DNA from: Pyrodictiaceae archaeon
GTDB taxonomy: Archaea > Thermoproteota > Thermoprotei_A > Sulfolobales > Pyrodictiaceae
DNA: 64,000 bases
Assembly: GCA_027036135.1 (NCBI GenBank)
Contig: JALVSY010000007.1
Location: forward strand, 932,880 to 996,879
Reading direction: 5' to 3'
Shown: piece after piece, positions 30,043-39,618 of the stretch
Layout of the letters: every line of letters begins with the position of its first letter
Numbering within the stretch: position 1 is the first letter of the stretch
Made by a program: the position numbers and the translations under genes
Notes under the pieces: generated by a model
The model's database searches: none
Seen by the model: only the letters and a program-made list of their open reading frames with translations
Told to the model about the DNA's origin: nothing

Positions 30043-31713
30043 TTACTCTTCTTTTCCTCCCTTCTTGCCCTTCTTCTCCTCGGTCTTCGGTGTCGCTGCT
30101 ATTACGTCGTCGATCTTGAGGATCGTTGTTGCTGCCTCGGTTGCGCTCTTTAGTACTTGCTCCTTTACTAGTATTGGCTCGATTACATTGATCTTTGTCA
30201 TATCTTCCTCGATCTTGGATCTTAGTACGTCGATGCCTGCTGTTGTCTTGCCCTCGCTGTGTAGCTTCCTTAGATCCATGAGTGCCTGTAGTGCATCCAT
30301 TCCAGCGCTCTCTGCTAGTATCATTGGTATCTCCTCTAGTGCGTCAGCGTATGCCTCTACTGCTAGCTGCTCCTTGCCGCCTAGGCTCTCTGCGAACTTC
30401 CTTAGTCTGAGGGCTAGCTCTACCTCAACTGCGCCACCGCCTGGTACTATTATTGGCTTCCTTAGCACGTTTCTTAGTACGTGTAGTGCGTCCTGTATGT
30501 TCCTCTCAGCCTCGTCTAGTACCATGTCGTTGGCGCCGCGTAGGAGTATTGTTACTGCCTTGGGGTTGGGGCAGCCCTCGATGAATATCATTTTGTCGTT
30601 GCCTACTTTTCTCTCCTCTACTAGCTTAGCGAAGCCTAGGTCCTCGGGCTTGAGGTCTCTTAGGCTGCTTACTATCTTGCCTCCGGTAGCGTACTCTAGT
30701 TTCTCGAGGTCGCTTCTCTTTACTCTTCTTACTGCCATTATTCCTTTCTTTGCTAGGAAGTGCTGTGCTACCTCATCAATACCCTTCTGAGTAATAACCA
30801 CTATACCAGCCTTGCTCGGGTCAACACCTTCTCTCTTCATACGCTCGACAGCGACCTCGTAGATTCTGTCAACCATCTCTTTTAGTATTCTTGCCTCTTC
30901 GTCTAGGAATGCCTTTATCTGCTCGGGTGAGGTTATGTTGATCTTTGCGGTTATCTCTGGTTTTTCTACTTCTAGTGGTGCGTCTAGTAGTACTATGTAG
31001 GCGTTCTCAACCCTCTTAGGCATACCAGGGTGAACAACCTCCTTATCAAGAACGATGCCCTCTACTAGCCTGCTGTCGAGTATGCTTCCGCCCTTCTTCT
31101 TCTCGATCTTTATTCTGTCAATCTTTACATCGTAGGTCCCGTCGGGCTTCTTGTCTGCTACTCTTAGCACTGCTTCTACTGCCATCTCGGTTAGTTTTTC
31201 TAAGTCAGCGCCGCTTCCAACGTACTTGCTGTAGAGGCTTGTCGCGGCTATTCTTTTCAGTGTGTCGCGGTCTTCTACGTTGACCTTTATGCCTATGTTG
31301 CCTAGCTCTTGTAGTGCGAAGTCTAGGGCCTTCTTGTAGCCCTCGATTATTGTTGTTGGGTGTATGTTCTGGTCTAGTAGGTTCTCGGCTCTGTCTAGGA
31401 GCATGCCTGCTAGTACTACTGCGCTTGTTGTGCCGTCACCTACCTCGGCGTCTTGAGCCTTTGCTACCTCTACTAGTAGCTTTGCTGCTGGGTGCTGGAT
31501 CTCCATCTCCTTTAGTATTGTTGCTCCATCATTGGTTATTGTTACGTCCCCGAAGCTATCTACGAGCATTTTGTCGAGGCCGCGTGGCCCGAGGCTTGTC
31601 TTGAGTACTTCGGCGAGGACCTTCGCCGCGAGTATGTTGCTTCTTAGAGCCTCTCTACCATATACGCGCTGTGTTCCCTCTTTGAGTACAAGTACTGGTA
31701 CGCCAAGCGCCAT
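30043..31713 (-). CDS. thsA: Thermosome (group II chaperonin) subunit, alpha-like
   Basis: [28 protein letters not shown]; strongly biased codon usage. Confidence 0.95.
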   Translation of the reverse strand: MALGVPVLVLKEGTQRVYGREALRSNILAAKVLAEVLKTSLGPRGLDKMLVDSFGDVTITNDGATILKEMEIQHPAAKLLVEVAKAQDAEVGDGTTSAVVLAGMLLDRAENLLDQNIHPTTIIEGYKKALDFALQELGNIGIKVNVEDRDTLKRIAATSLYSKYVGSGADLEKLTEMAVEAVLRVADKKPDGTYDVKIDRIKIEKKKGGSILDSRLVEGIVLDKEVVHPGMPKRVENAYIVLLDAPLEVEKPEITAKINITSPEQIKAFLDEEARILKEMVDRIYEVAVERMKREGVDPSKAGIVVITQKGIDEVAQHFLAKKGIMAVRRVKRSDLEKLEYATGGKIVSSLRDLKPEDLGFAKLVEERKVGNDKMIFIEGCPNPKAVTILLRGANDMVLDEAERNIQDALHVLRNVLRKPIIVPGGGAVEVELALRLRKFAESLGGKEQLAVEAYADALEEIPMILAESAGMDALQALMDLRKLHSEGKTTAGIDVLRSKIEEDMTKINVIEPILVKEQVLKSATEAATTILKIDDVIAATPKTEEKKGKKGGKEE

Positions 31714-31777
31714 TATGTTACACCCCTTACCCGTAACCCTCTCTTAGCCGTGTGTAGGTTGCCTTCCCGGCCGCTTC

Positions 31778-31790
31778 TATATAAGTATTT
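31778..31790 (-). promoter_or_regulatory. TATA box of the thermosome gene
   Basis: Minus strand AAATACTTATATA about 65 nt upstream of the ATG; SD GGGGTG before the start. Confidence 0.6.
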
Positions 31791-31840
31791 CGCAGAATAG
31801 TGTGATAGGCGCTACAAGAGAAATAGATACGCAAACTGAG

Positions 31841-32212
31841 CTAGAACCTTAGAGAAATCCCCAGAGAGCGAGGAGTAAGTCCACGCGAACGAAGAGCGTA
31901 TAAGATGCCGCGTCGTATAGCATGTTTATCACTCATAGGATTGAAGAAGAACCCTATCTGTTCCCATATTTGCTCTCCCTTATAGTAGAGCCTAAGCCTT
32001 GGCAAGGTATCGCCCAAGCTAGGACTCCTCTCAGCACTAGCTGCATCTATCTTGACGACGAGTATCGCTGGTTCAACATAGTAAGAGATATCATCAAGCA
32101 ACGAGGAGATGTACCTACCCATGGGGTTCGTGGAGTCAAAGACACCCACTAAGACTATCTTATTCTCACGTATAATCCTCTCAGCATCACTCCATGTCTT
32201 AGCATCTATCAA
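31841..32212 (-). CDS. Thioredoxin-fold protein lacking CxxC
   Basis: VLVGVFD, VVKIDA, TLPRLRLYYKGEQIWEQIG follow the Trx pattern; no cysteines. Confidence 0.6.
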   Translation of the reverse strand: MIDAKTWSDAERIIRENKIVLVGVFDSTNPMGRYISSLLDDISYYVEPAILVVKIDAASAERSPSLGDTLPRLRLYYKGEQIWEQIGFFFNPMSDKHAIRRGILYALRSRGLTPRSLGISLRF

Positions 32213-33057
32213 TACTCACCTGACCCCATTACTTCTTTTTTCTCAACCAAGAGGCTCTTAAGCAAATTACGCTCATCTTTAGATAGGTGTAGAACAACCT
32301 CTCCACGTTCTGGCTGCATACTCGGAGGCTTAATGGATTCACCAACTACTACATACCCTTTCTCGATGGCTTCTTCAACATCTCTCGGCGAATAAAGCTC
32401 CACGAACTCTACGAGCTTCTCCCGGAAGTCTATGGCTTCCTTAATTTCCTTTTCTGAAAGCTCTCTACCGCACACCATGCATACTAGATCCGGAGTTACA
32501 GCGCGGAAACCACAATAAGGACAAGCTATTGGTGTAGGTGAGCCGTATCTCTCCCAGATGGCCCTGAGTAGAGGGATTAGGTCCTCTCTCCCCAGCCTCT
32601 TAGCCTCTCTATAGAGCCTAGGCATATACTTTGCAGCAACCCCTTCTCCATAGCTCGCAACGAACTCCAGCTGCTCCGGAGTAAGTTTATCGAATTTCTC
32701 GAGAAGATACGCAGATACAAGCACGTAAACATGCTTACTGGTGGCTATAATCCTTGAAATTATAGCATCCTTTGAGGGCCTCGATGAGTACCGTTCTAGA
32801 AGCCCCTCAATAACTGGTCGCAGAGCCTCAATGAGCTGCTCCCGTGAAAGCCCGAGAAGATCAAGCCCTAGCCTAGATGCTATATCGTCAACCATGCTCT
32901 CTAGTAGCTTAACGGGATCAATCTTTACAGAGGCTCTCGGACGTACACCTCTATGGCTTGTTCTCTTTTTACTTGACTTGCTAGACTGGGTTGAGGGGGA
33001 TAGGCTAGTGTCAAGAGTCTTTACTCCGCGTGCTCTCCTTCGTCTACCACGAGGCAA
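32209..33057 (-). CDS. Hypothetical protein with zinc ribbon and basic N-terminus
   Basis: CPYCG..CMVCG; its stop overlaps the start of the next gene. Confidence 0.75.
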   Translation of the reverse strand: MPRGRRRRARGVKTLDTSLSPSTQSSKSSKKRTSHRGVRPRASVKIDPVKLLESMVDDIASRLGLDLLGLSREQLIEALRPVIEGLLERYSSRPSKDAIISRIIATSKHVYVLVSAYLLEKFDKLTPEQLEFVASYGEGVAAKYMPRLYREAKRLGREDLIPLLRAIWERYGSPTPIACPYCGFRAVTPDLVCMVCGRELSEKEIKEAIDFREKLVEFVELYSPRDVEEAIEKGYVVVGESIKPPSMQPERGEVVLHLSKDERNLLKSLLVEKKEVMGSGEY

Positions 33058-33164
33058 TCAGCACCAAGCCCGAAGAGAGAAGTGATACAAGTAACCCCTT
33101 TTTAGCATCAAAGCCTGGATAGAGAGCAACATTAATTCTAGGCAAGGAACCCAATGGAGAGCAA

Positions 33165-33236
33165 GGGGGAGATGTTGTCACTTGCCCCCCGCGACCCTTG
33201 GCAGGGGATGACGACATTACCGCGAACAGAACCCCC
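33165..33236 (+). ncRNA. Box C/D guide sRNA, double guide to the SSU rRNA ~500-530 region
   Basis: GGGGG/CCCCC terminal stem; C ATGTTGT, guide ACTTGCCCCCC, D' GCGA, hairpin, C' ATGACGA, guide ATTACCGCG, D CAGA. Confidence 0.75.
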
Positions 33237-33289
33237 ACTTTTCTACGAGGCTTCCTCAGCAATAATGGGCAGCGATCTTTGCTTCTTGC

Positions 33290-33607
33290 CTAATAATACT
33301 CGTCGTACCAGTCATGTTCTCGCCTAACATATATTGCGCCATTTTTTGCAGCATAGCGGCTAATTATGTAGCTAAGTACTATTTCTAGTTGCTTCTTCCT
33401 CCTCCTAGCATTGCGAAGAACTCTCTCGAGATCCTCGAACGTAAAGTTTTTACCCTTAAACCAGGCCTTACTGAGCCTTCGATATATGTATCGGAGCAGC
33501 TCCTCGTACTCGTCTTCAAGGTCAACATTATAACGATACTTGTACACTATTTCTTCAATCAAGTCCCCGAGATACTTATCGACAAGCATTAGCGCGTCTT
33601 CTTCCAT
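33290..33607 (-). CDS. Hypothetical protein
   Basis: 105-aa ORF with SD GGAGTG and typical composition. Confidence 0.7.
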   Translation of the reverse strand: MEEDALMLVDKYLGDLIEEIVYKYRYNVDLEDEYEELLRYIYRRLSKAWFKGKNFTFEDLERVLRNARRRKKQLEIVLSYIISRYAAKNGAIYVRREHDWYDEYY

Positions 33608-33703
33608 GGCACTGCACTCCAGTATGGCTACTATCTTCGAGCTACACCCTATAACTTCTTCCCCTCATGGTAGTCCCATGCGTTGTATAGGAGCAAGAAG
33701 GAG

Positions 33704-33770
33704 AGGCTCAGAGGCTACCATTATCCTCATAGAGCACTGTATCTCGGCTATACCGGGCTCAGCACAGCCC
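33704..33770 (-). ncRNA. Box C/D guide sRNA
   Basis: C GTGCTGA, guide gcccggtatag, D' CCGA, C' ATGAGGA, guide taatggtagcct, D CTGA, GGC/GCC stem. Confidence 0.8.
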
Positions 33771-33836
33771 CTTGGAAATATCGGAGTAGCCGGGGATTAA
33801 TGAACATAGTGATAACAAGGTATGCCGGGGAGACAA

Positions 33837-33903
33837 GGGCTCAGTATGCTCGTGCGTCCTCACATGAGCCTAGTCCTAGGTATCCGGGGAGTCATCACAG
33901 CCC
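33837..33903 (-). ncRNA. Box C/D guide sRNA
   Basis: C GTGATGA, guide ctccccggata, degenerate D', C' GTGAGGA, guide cgcacgagcata, D CTGA, GGGC/GCCC stem; TTTATA about 30 nt upstream. Confidence 0.82.
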
Positions 33904-33980
33904 GCTCGGAGTTCGAGACAAGGTAATCAAGGTATAAATAAAATTAGCTAGCTCTCGTATCATTAACGTGGCGAGCTTCT

Positions 33981-34715
33981 ATGAAGCCCCAGCATATAAG
34001 GATAGAACCTAGCCAATTAGCTGAAAAAGTTGTTGTTGTAGGTGACCCTGCAAGAGCTAAGTACTTAGCAGAGCATTTTCTTGATGACGCTGAGCTAGTT
34101 AATACAGAGCGCTGTTTCAACATATATACTGGCTACTATAGGGGCGAGAGGATAAGCGTAGCTGTTCATGGCATAGGCGCAGCCTCGGCAGCAATAGTAT
34201 TTGAGGAGCTCCGAATGCTCGGGGCCAAGGTAATGATACGCTTAGGGACAGCAGGGGGTCTCATACCACAGCTAGACATAGGTGACGCGGTAGTAGCTAC
34301 TGGTGCAGCCTATATACATGGTGGCACCATAGGATCCTATGTACCAGATGCGTGCATGGTTGCTGCACCGAATCCAATACTAACAGCAAAGCTATACGAG
34401 AAAGCAGAGAACATTCATGGCCGTGTATTCCTCGGCCCTGTCTTTAGTAGTGACGCATTCTATGCAGAGGATAAGGACTTCGTAGCCAAGTGGTCGAGGA
34501 GGGGGATAATAGCTGTTGAAATGGAGGTAGCGGCACTTTACTCCCTAGCAGCTATGAGAGGATTCGATGCCTCAGCCCTCCTAGTAATCTCTGATAACCT
34601 AGCTGTACCAGGCAAAGAGGAACTAAAGCACCATAAAGAGCTAGAACCCTATGTAGAGAAGGCCGCAAAAGCTGTATTTGAGACTCTCCGAGAATACAAG
34701 CCGATAAGCAAGTAG
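33981..34715 (+). CDS. deoD: Purine nucleoside/5'-methylthioadenosine phosphorylase (DeoD-type)
   Basis: GDPARA, HGIGAAS, IRLGTAG, SSDAFY, VEME. Confidence 0.9.
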   Translation: MKPQHIRIEPSQLAEKVVVVGDPARAKYLAEHFLDDAELVNTERCFNIYTGYYRGERISVAVHGIGAASAAIVFEELRMLGAKVMIRLGTAGGLIPQLDIGDAVVATGAAYIHGGTIGSYVPDACMVAAPNPILTAKLYEKAENIHGRVFLGPVFSSDAFYAEDKDFVAKWSRRGIIAVEMEVAALYSLAAMRGFDASALLVISDNLAVPGKEELKHHKELEPYVEKAAKAVFETLREYKPISK

Positions 34716-34742
34716 TACCCCTCACTACTCTCATACTTTTAT

Positions 34743-34801
34743 GGCCGCTGACGACGCCTTGGACGCACTGACTGGTGAGGTAAGCCGTGGTCGCTGAGGC
34801 C
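34743..34801 (+). ncRNA. Box C/D guide sRNA
   Basis: GGCC stem; C CTGACGA, guide cgccttggacgca, D' CTGA, C' GTGAGGT, guide aagccgtggtcg, D CTGA. Confidence 0.82.
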
Positions 34802-35152
34802 GATCCCAGGGAATACAAGGACTTACTTAGGTCCAAGGGGCTAAGAGTTGAGGAAAGGAAATCAGCTCAGAAAACCCTCGATGGCAATGTTCTAGGTTAC
34901 CACACGGTTACTGGTTATCGCGAAGGAGCATATAAGATAAGCATACGTCTAAGCCCGGAGCCAAAAACAATACACTTCGTAGTAAATGCGAAAGATAATG
35001 CAGCAGCTAGTAGACTTGCGGACAAACTCGACGACGAACTAGGTATACTAAGTGATGTAGATAACGAAGTTGTACGCGGACAGACACGCCATGTCACTAA
35101 GAACGTAGTGAAAAGAATCGTTGAACTAGCAGAGGAGGCAACACATTCATGA
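34787..35152 (+). CDS. Hypothetical protein
   Basis: 121-aa ORF; GTG start and SD GAGGT lie inside the sRNA; ATGA-coupled to the next gene. Confidence 0.65.
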   Translation: MVAEADPREYKDLLRSKGLRVEERKSAQKTLDGNVLGYHTVTGYREGAYKISIRLSPEPKTIHFVVNAKDNAAASRLADKLDDELGILSDVDNEVVRGQTRHVTKNVVKRIVELAEEATHS

Positions 35153-36198
35153 ATTACAACCCATGCAATTCTTTGCTAACGGTGCTAAGCGATATAACCG
35201 AGTCATTACCGTATTGCCGCGTCTTGTCAACTATATTATCAGAGCCAAATATCCCCTCAGTACTGAAAGCGCTAGGAATAAAGGAAATAGAGTGCTCAGA
35301 CAAATTATCACAAATCATGCCCCCTTTAAGTATGACAAGAAGCTTGGTCTTAAGAGGGCTTAGCGGCGACGAGATAACACTAAGACAGGGTTCTCAGGGA
35401 GGCGCTCTTATCGCTGACCTACCATTGCTACATCCGCCAAGGATTTATCGCGGCCCGCTCTACAGCTACATGAGAGGCATACTTAGCAAGCTAGCTAATG
35501 AACTAGGTGCGGAGAAACCTCCGCTGGTTGCCGACGCTTTTATTCCGGGCATAAAGCGCCTATGTAGACCCAAGCTTGGATGTATGCCTAGGAGGCAGTA
35601 CAACTACCTTGACGAAAGAATAAGTATTGAGACACTTTATCCACGTATTGTCTGGCCAACGATACTTGGTTGGGCACGAGTTAGGCTAAGAAGCCAAGAG
35701 GAGTTTCTCTCTCCCTTTATCTGTGTGGGGCGCAGGGATCACTATCTTAACGTCTTATGCGTAGAGGAGAGATGTAGATTCAGTATTAGCCAAGAAGGAG
35801 TTATCAGAGTCATAGAGGGTGATGCAATCTATAGCCAGGGGACACGGTGCAACAAAACCAAGCTATACATAGACTATCTCATAGGCAATAGTTATAGTGA
35901 AGAATTCGAGGTCAAGAGGCCAGCCTTATGGTCGCCAACATTAGCTATACCTCTTGGTGCCAGTAAGACGGGGAATATGCTTGAGTTGTGTATATGGAAC
36001 CCTTACACTTTCCCCAAGCTTCACGAAGTGGTGATAGAGGACTACCGTATACAAAACGCATATGTGCACTCTAGTATCGATGAGTGGGAGCAACTAGAGC
36101 CTAACTATAACCGCGTAAACGTTGGAATACCTGGTCTCGGCCTAGCTAGGCTTCGCTTGGTGCTGCGTAAATTACCTCCTCTCCTGCGCAAGCGCTAG
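35149..36198 (+). CDS. Hypothetical protein; C-terminus resembles the GH38 alpha-mannosidase C-terminal beta domain
   Basis: 349-aa ORF; SKTGNMLELCIWNP..GLARLRL pattern is only a weak resemblance. Confidence 0.55.
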   Translation: MNYNPCNSLLTVLSDITESLPYCRVLSTILSEPNIPSVLKALGIKEIECSDKLSQIMPPLSMTRSLVLRGLSGDEITLRQGSQGGALIADLPLLHPPRIYRGPLYSYMRGILSKLANELGAEKPPLVADAFIPGIKRLCRPKLGCMPRRQYNYLDERISIETLYPRIVWPTILGWARVRLRSQEEFLSPFICVGRRDHYLNVLCVEERCRFSISQEGVIRVIEGDAIYSQGTRCNKTKLYIDYLIGNSYSEEFEVKRPALWSPTLAIPLGASKTGNMLELCIWNPYTFPKLHEVVIEDYRIQNAYVHSSIDEWEQLEPNYNRVNVGIPGLGLARLRLVLRKLPPLLRKR

Positions 36199-36578
36199 TG
36201 GGCAGGTCCACTCACAGCACATTCTTCCTTATTGAAGCCTTGCTCAACCTTAGAGCGCAGTTTTGTACATATTTCGCATAAGTATTTTGATATAGTGTAC
36301 TCCTCTACTGTCCCGCTTATAATCTGCTCTGCTAACTTGCTTACGAGGCCGTAGAGCTCCTTGTCATTCAGTATTATGTCGACATAGTCTCTGCCTCTGC
36401 GTCCCAGTATGTAGTTTGATACAGCTGCAGGTGTTATCCTAAGTAGCTTAGCTGTACGATATATTGATAGCTCGTAGTCCTTTACTAGTACTATTGCTAG
36501 TGATGCTCGGATTGATGGAACATATTTCCTTACTGCTAGCTCGCAGGGCGTTACAAGGATTCCTGCAGACTTATCCAT
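36195..36578 (-). CDS. Predicted HTH transcriptional regulator (COG2522-like)
   Basis: TPCE..VPSIRA, ITPAAVSNYILGRRG, C-terminal CEIC. Confidence 0.85.
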   Translation of the reverse strand: MDKSAGILVTPCELAVRKYVPSIRASLAIVLVKDYELSIYRTAKLLRITPAAVSNYILGRRGRDYVDIILNDKELYGLVSKLAEQIISGTVEEYTISKYLCEICTKLRSKVEQGFNKEECAVSGPAH

Positions 36579-36799
36579 AGCTAAAAGCCCATATATTCAC
36601 ACGTTAAGGAGTACCCCTTATAATAGCTTACCCCTCTGGATAACGCTTGTACAAGAAGGAACAAAAGTAGTAGAAGTCATATATTCTTCATAAATGATAT
36701 TATTTGTGGTAATACTTTAAGTTCTCCTAGCATTCATTATGGAAAGCCTCTAAAACTATTAGCCAGTAGCATCTCCGGGTAAAGAGGGGTGATTAGAGA

Positions 36800-37528
36800 G
36801 TGTCCATTGATTTAGTCCGTATGGAGATAGATCAGGAGACTCGAGAGGCCATCCGTGAGGCTTTCCAGGACCTAGAGAAACCAGTAACAATAAACGTGTT
36901 CATTGGACCAAATTGTAAATACTGCGACGAAAGTATAAAGATAGCAAAGGTCCTGGAAGAGGAAGCGCCAGTAAAGAATGGGGAGAAACTGGTAAAGGTA
37001 AGAATATTCGAGAAGGGTAAAGACGATGAAGAATTTAGGAGACAAAAAGTAGAGAGAATACCGACGACAACGCTTCTTGACGGCTCTATAAGGTATACAG
37101 GGACACCTAGCGGAGAGGAAATACGAGGCCTTGTTGAAACCATAATACGTATATCGCAAGAAGATAGTGGTCTTGACCCCTCCACTGTCGAGAAAATAAA
37201 GTCAATAAAGAAGCCCGTTCACATAGAGGTAGTTGTTACTCCGCAGTGTCCTTATTGCCCGTATGCCGCTCTCTTAGCAAACATGTTCGCTTTCGAGGCT
37301 TGGAGAAATGGTAAGAAGGACTTCATAGCAGATACTGTAGAAGCGTACGAGAACCCAGACATAGCTGATAAGTATCACGTGACCTCAGTACCAGCCATAG
37401 CCATTAATGGCATATTAGCATTTGTCGGAGTACCCTATGAGGAGGACTTCATAGAGAGAATCATAGACGCGGTTGAGGGAAGAAAGTTCAAGACAGAAGT
37501 AATAGCAGAAAGCGCAACTAAGATGTAG
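36800..37528 (+). CDS. pdo: Protein disulfide oxidoreductase (two Trx domains)
   Basis: CKYC and CPYC active sites, GTPSGEE, SVP. Confidence 0.92.
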   Translation: MSIDLVRMEIDQETREAIREAFQDLEKPVTINVFIGPNCKYCDESIKIAKVLEEEAPVKNGEKLVKVRIFEKGKDDEEFRRQKVERIPTTTLLDGSIRYTGTPSGEEIRGLVETIIRISQEDSGLDPSTVEKIKSIKKPVHIEVVVTPQCPYCPYAALLANMFAFEAWRNGKKDFIADTVEAYENPDIADKYHVTSVPAIAINGILAFVGVPYEEDFIERIIDAVEGRKFKTEVIAESATKM

Positions 37529-37540
37529 AGGACTAAAATA

Positions 37541-37606
37541 GGGCTCAGCCAAATGCCTTTTCTTCATAACACTTTATATCCGCGTCGGGAGTAATCTTCA
37601 TCGCCC
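37541..37606 (-). ncRNA. Box C/D guide sRNA, double guide to the LSU H69-H71 region
   Basis: GGGC/GCCC stem; C ATGAAGA, guide ttactcccg, D' CGGA, C' ATGAAGA, guide aaggcatttgg, D CTGA. Confidence 0.88.
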
Positions 37607-37644
37607 TGCTGCCGCAGTGTTATAGAGAGCACTGGATACTTGTT

Positions 37645-39618
37645 CTAGCCAGTTTTATTCTCATTAATTATTTCCGTTATCTTTCTGCGCACTATTTCTG
37701 CAACCGTTCTTCCATCAACTTTTCCACGTAACTCTGCCATGGCTCTGCCCATCACTTTGTTCATGGCCCTTAAACCTTTTTCTCTTATTTCGTCCTTTAG
37801 CTCATTGACAATTTCGGAGACTATCTTTTCCACTACTTGTTTATCTATAACCGTTATTCCTAGCTCCTTTACCGCGTCCTCAACGTGCTTGTCAGGGTTT
37901 TTCGCTAAGTAGGTTAGTACGTCGGGGACAGCGTCCTTAGGCAACTCTCCCTTAGCTATCGCGGCTACAACTTCTTCTATATGATAATCATGTATGTTCT
38001 CTACATTGATCCCTTCTCTAGATAGGCTCCTTATTATGTTCGTGAATATGGATGCTATGTAGGACGGCGATACCTTGGAGCCATACTTCTCTGCAAGCTC
38101 CTCAAACAAATCAAGTCTTACATCGCGAATTATTTGCTTAGCAAGCTCTGGACTTAGCCTGTATCTCTTTATGAGAGTTTCTAGTTTCTCCTGGGGCTTT
38201 GGCGGAACAAGTTTACGTGCCTCATCCAGGAGCTCGTCCGTGACCTCGATGGGTGGTATATCGGTCTCCGGATACATTCTGGCAGAGCCGGGCTGTGGCC
38301 GCATAAACCTCGTAGTGCCGTCGTCCCTTGCAGCGCGTGTCTCTTTTGGTACGCCGTGGAGGGCACAGGCAGCTCGCTCGAGCACGGCCTTTAGGGCCTT
38401 CCTAGCATTATCCTCTCTATCCGCTACAATTACTATTGCGTCTCTCTCCCTATCGGCGTTAAGTGCTTCATATAGTTTATCGACCTCGTCCTGGGATATG
38501 CCATAATTTGGTAACTCATCCGTATGGAAGAGACCACCAACACCGCCCCAGAATCTTGCATAATCAGCTAGCTCTGTACCGAATCTCCTACCAGGTTGAA
38601 CCTCTACGCCTAGTAAGCCTGCGAAGCCGGGTAGTTTCACTGCTAGTACCTTGCCACCGCTTCTTAGTGCTCTTTTTATTACCTTTGACCTAGTATTCTT
38701 GAATACATGAGTTACATCAACTATTCCTTGGCCTACTATGTCCTCTTCTTTTACCCCCCGGTTCCTTAGCTCATCTCGGATCTCAAGTAGTCTCTTCTGC
38801 CTAATGGCCTCGTAGAGAACAATCTTAGGTAATAGATCTAGTCGTTGTACACCCTTGATTTCGGTCTTTACACCCCCTCTTATAGACACGTTGAGGTCCT
38901 GCCTAATGGTTCCTATTCCACGTTTTACCTTCTTGGTGAGCCGGAGAAGCTGGCCTATGGTCAGAGCTGCCTCGTATGCTTCCTCAGGGGTCTCTATATC
39001 TGGCGCGGTTGAGATCTCTATTAATGGTATTCCAAGCCTGTCAAGCATATAGTGGGTGTATCGGCCTTCTTCGCGTATTTTCCTGGCAGCGTCTTCCTCA
39101 ATGGCTATGGTCTGTATACCTATTTTCTTACCGCTTGGTATTTCTATTTCTCCTCCAAGGCTTATTATGGCTGTTCGCTGGAAGCCAGTCGTATTAGAGC
39201 CGTCAATAACTATCTTTCTCATAACGTAGACTTCGTCAACGGGGGAGGACTTTAGTGCAAGAGCGACTGCTAAGCCAATGAGGAGTGCTTCTCTATTAAG
39301 CTCGTGAGGGGGCTCCTCGTCAGCCTCAACAAGGCAGACAGATTCCCGCGGGGCATGATAATGGTATAACCTCCCTTTGCGCCACTCGAAGAGAGCGGCT
39401 ATATCAACTTCTCCTAGCTCGCTACGAGTCGGCCTAAGCTGCCTTATGAACTCGTCTACCTCGTGCCCTGTCTCCTCGTGTATTAGCTCGGTGGGGCATC
39501 CACAGAAGAGCTTATGCCTTGTGTCGAGTTGCTGGTGTATCTCTAGCCCTACTTTTAGCCCAAGCTCTCGGGGATCATACTTTGCCGGGTCTACTCTCTT
39601 CTCGATCAATGAGGCCAC
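37645..39618 (-). CDS. gatE: Glutamyl-tRNA(Gln) amidotransferase subunit E
   Basis: GLEIHQQL, DGSNTTGFQRT, RQDLNVSI, RMYPETD. Confidence 0.97.
   Translation of the reverse strand: MASLIEKRVDPAKYDPRELGLKVGLEIHQQLDTRHKLFCGCPTELIHEETGHEVDEFIRQLRPTRSELGEVDIAALFEWRKGRLYHYHAPRESVCLVEADEEPPHELNREALLIGLAVALALKSSPVDEVYVMRKIVIDGSNTTGFQRTAIISLGGEIEIPSGKKIGIQTIAIEEDAARKIREEGRYTHYMLDRLGIPLIEISTAPDIETPEEAYEAALTIGQLLRLTKKVKRGIGTIRQDLNVSIRGGVKTEIKGVQRLDLLPKIVLYEAIRQKRLLEIRDELRNRGVKEEDIVGQGIVDVTHVFKNTRSKVIKRALRSGGKVLAVKLPGFAGLLGVEVQPGRRFGTELADYARFWGGVGGLFHTDELPNYGISQDEVDKLYEALNADRERDAIVIVADREDNARKALKAVLERAACALHGVPKETRAARDDGTTRFMRPQPGSARMYPETDIPPIEVTDELLDEARKLVPPKPQEKLETLIKRYRLSPELAKQIIRDVRLDLFEELAEKYGSKVSPSYIASIFTNIIRSLSREGINVENIHDYHIEEVVAAIAKGELPKDAVPDVLTYLAKNPDKHVEDAVKELGITVIDKQVVEKIVSEIVNELKDEIREKGLRAMNKVMGRAMAELRGKVDGRTVAEIVRRKITEIINENKTG

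Noticed and set aside
33683-33937. 84-aa ORF in the gap before deoD
   Set aside because: Better explained by two antisense C/D sRNAs; the translation has no protein-like features
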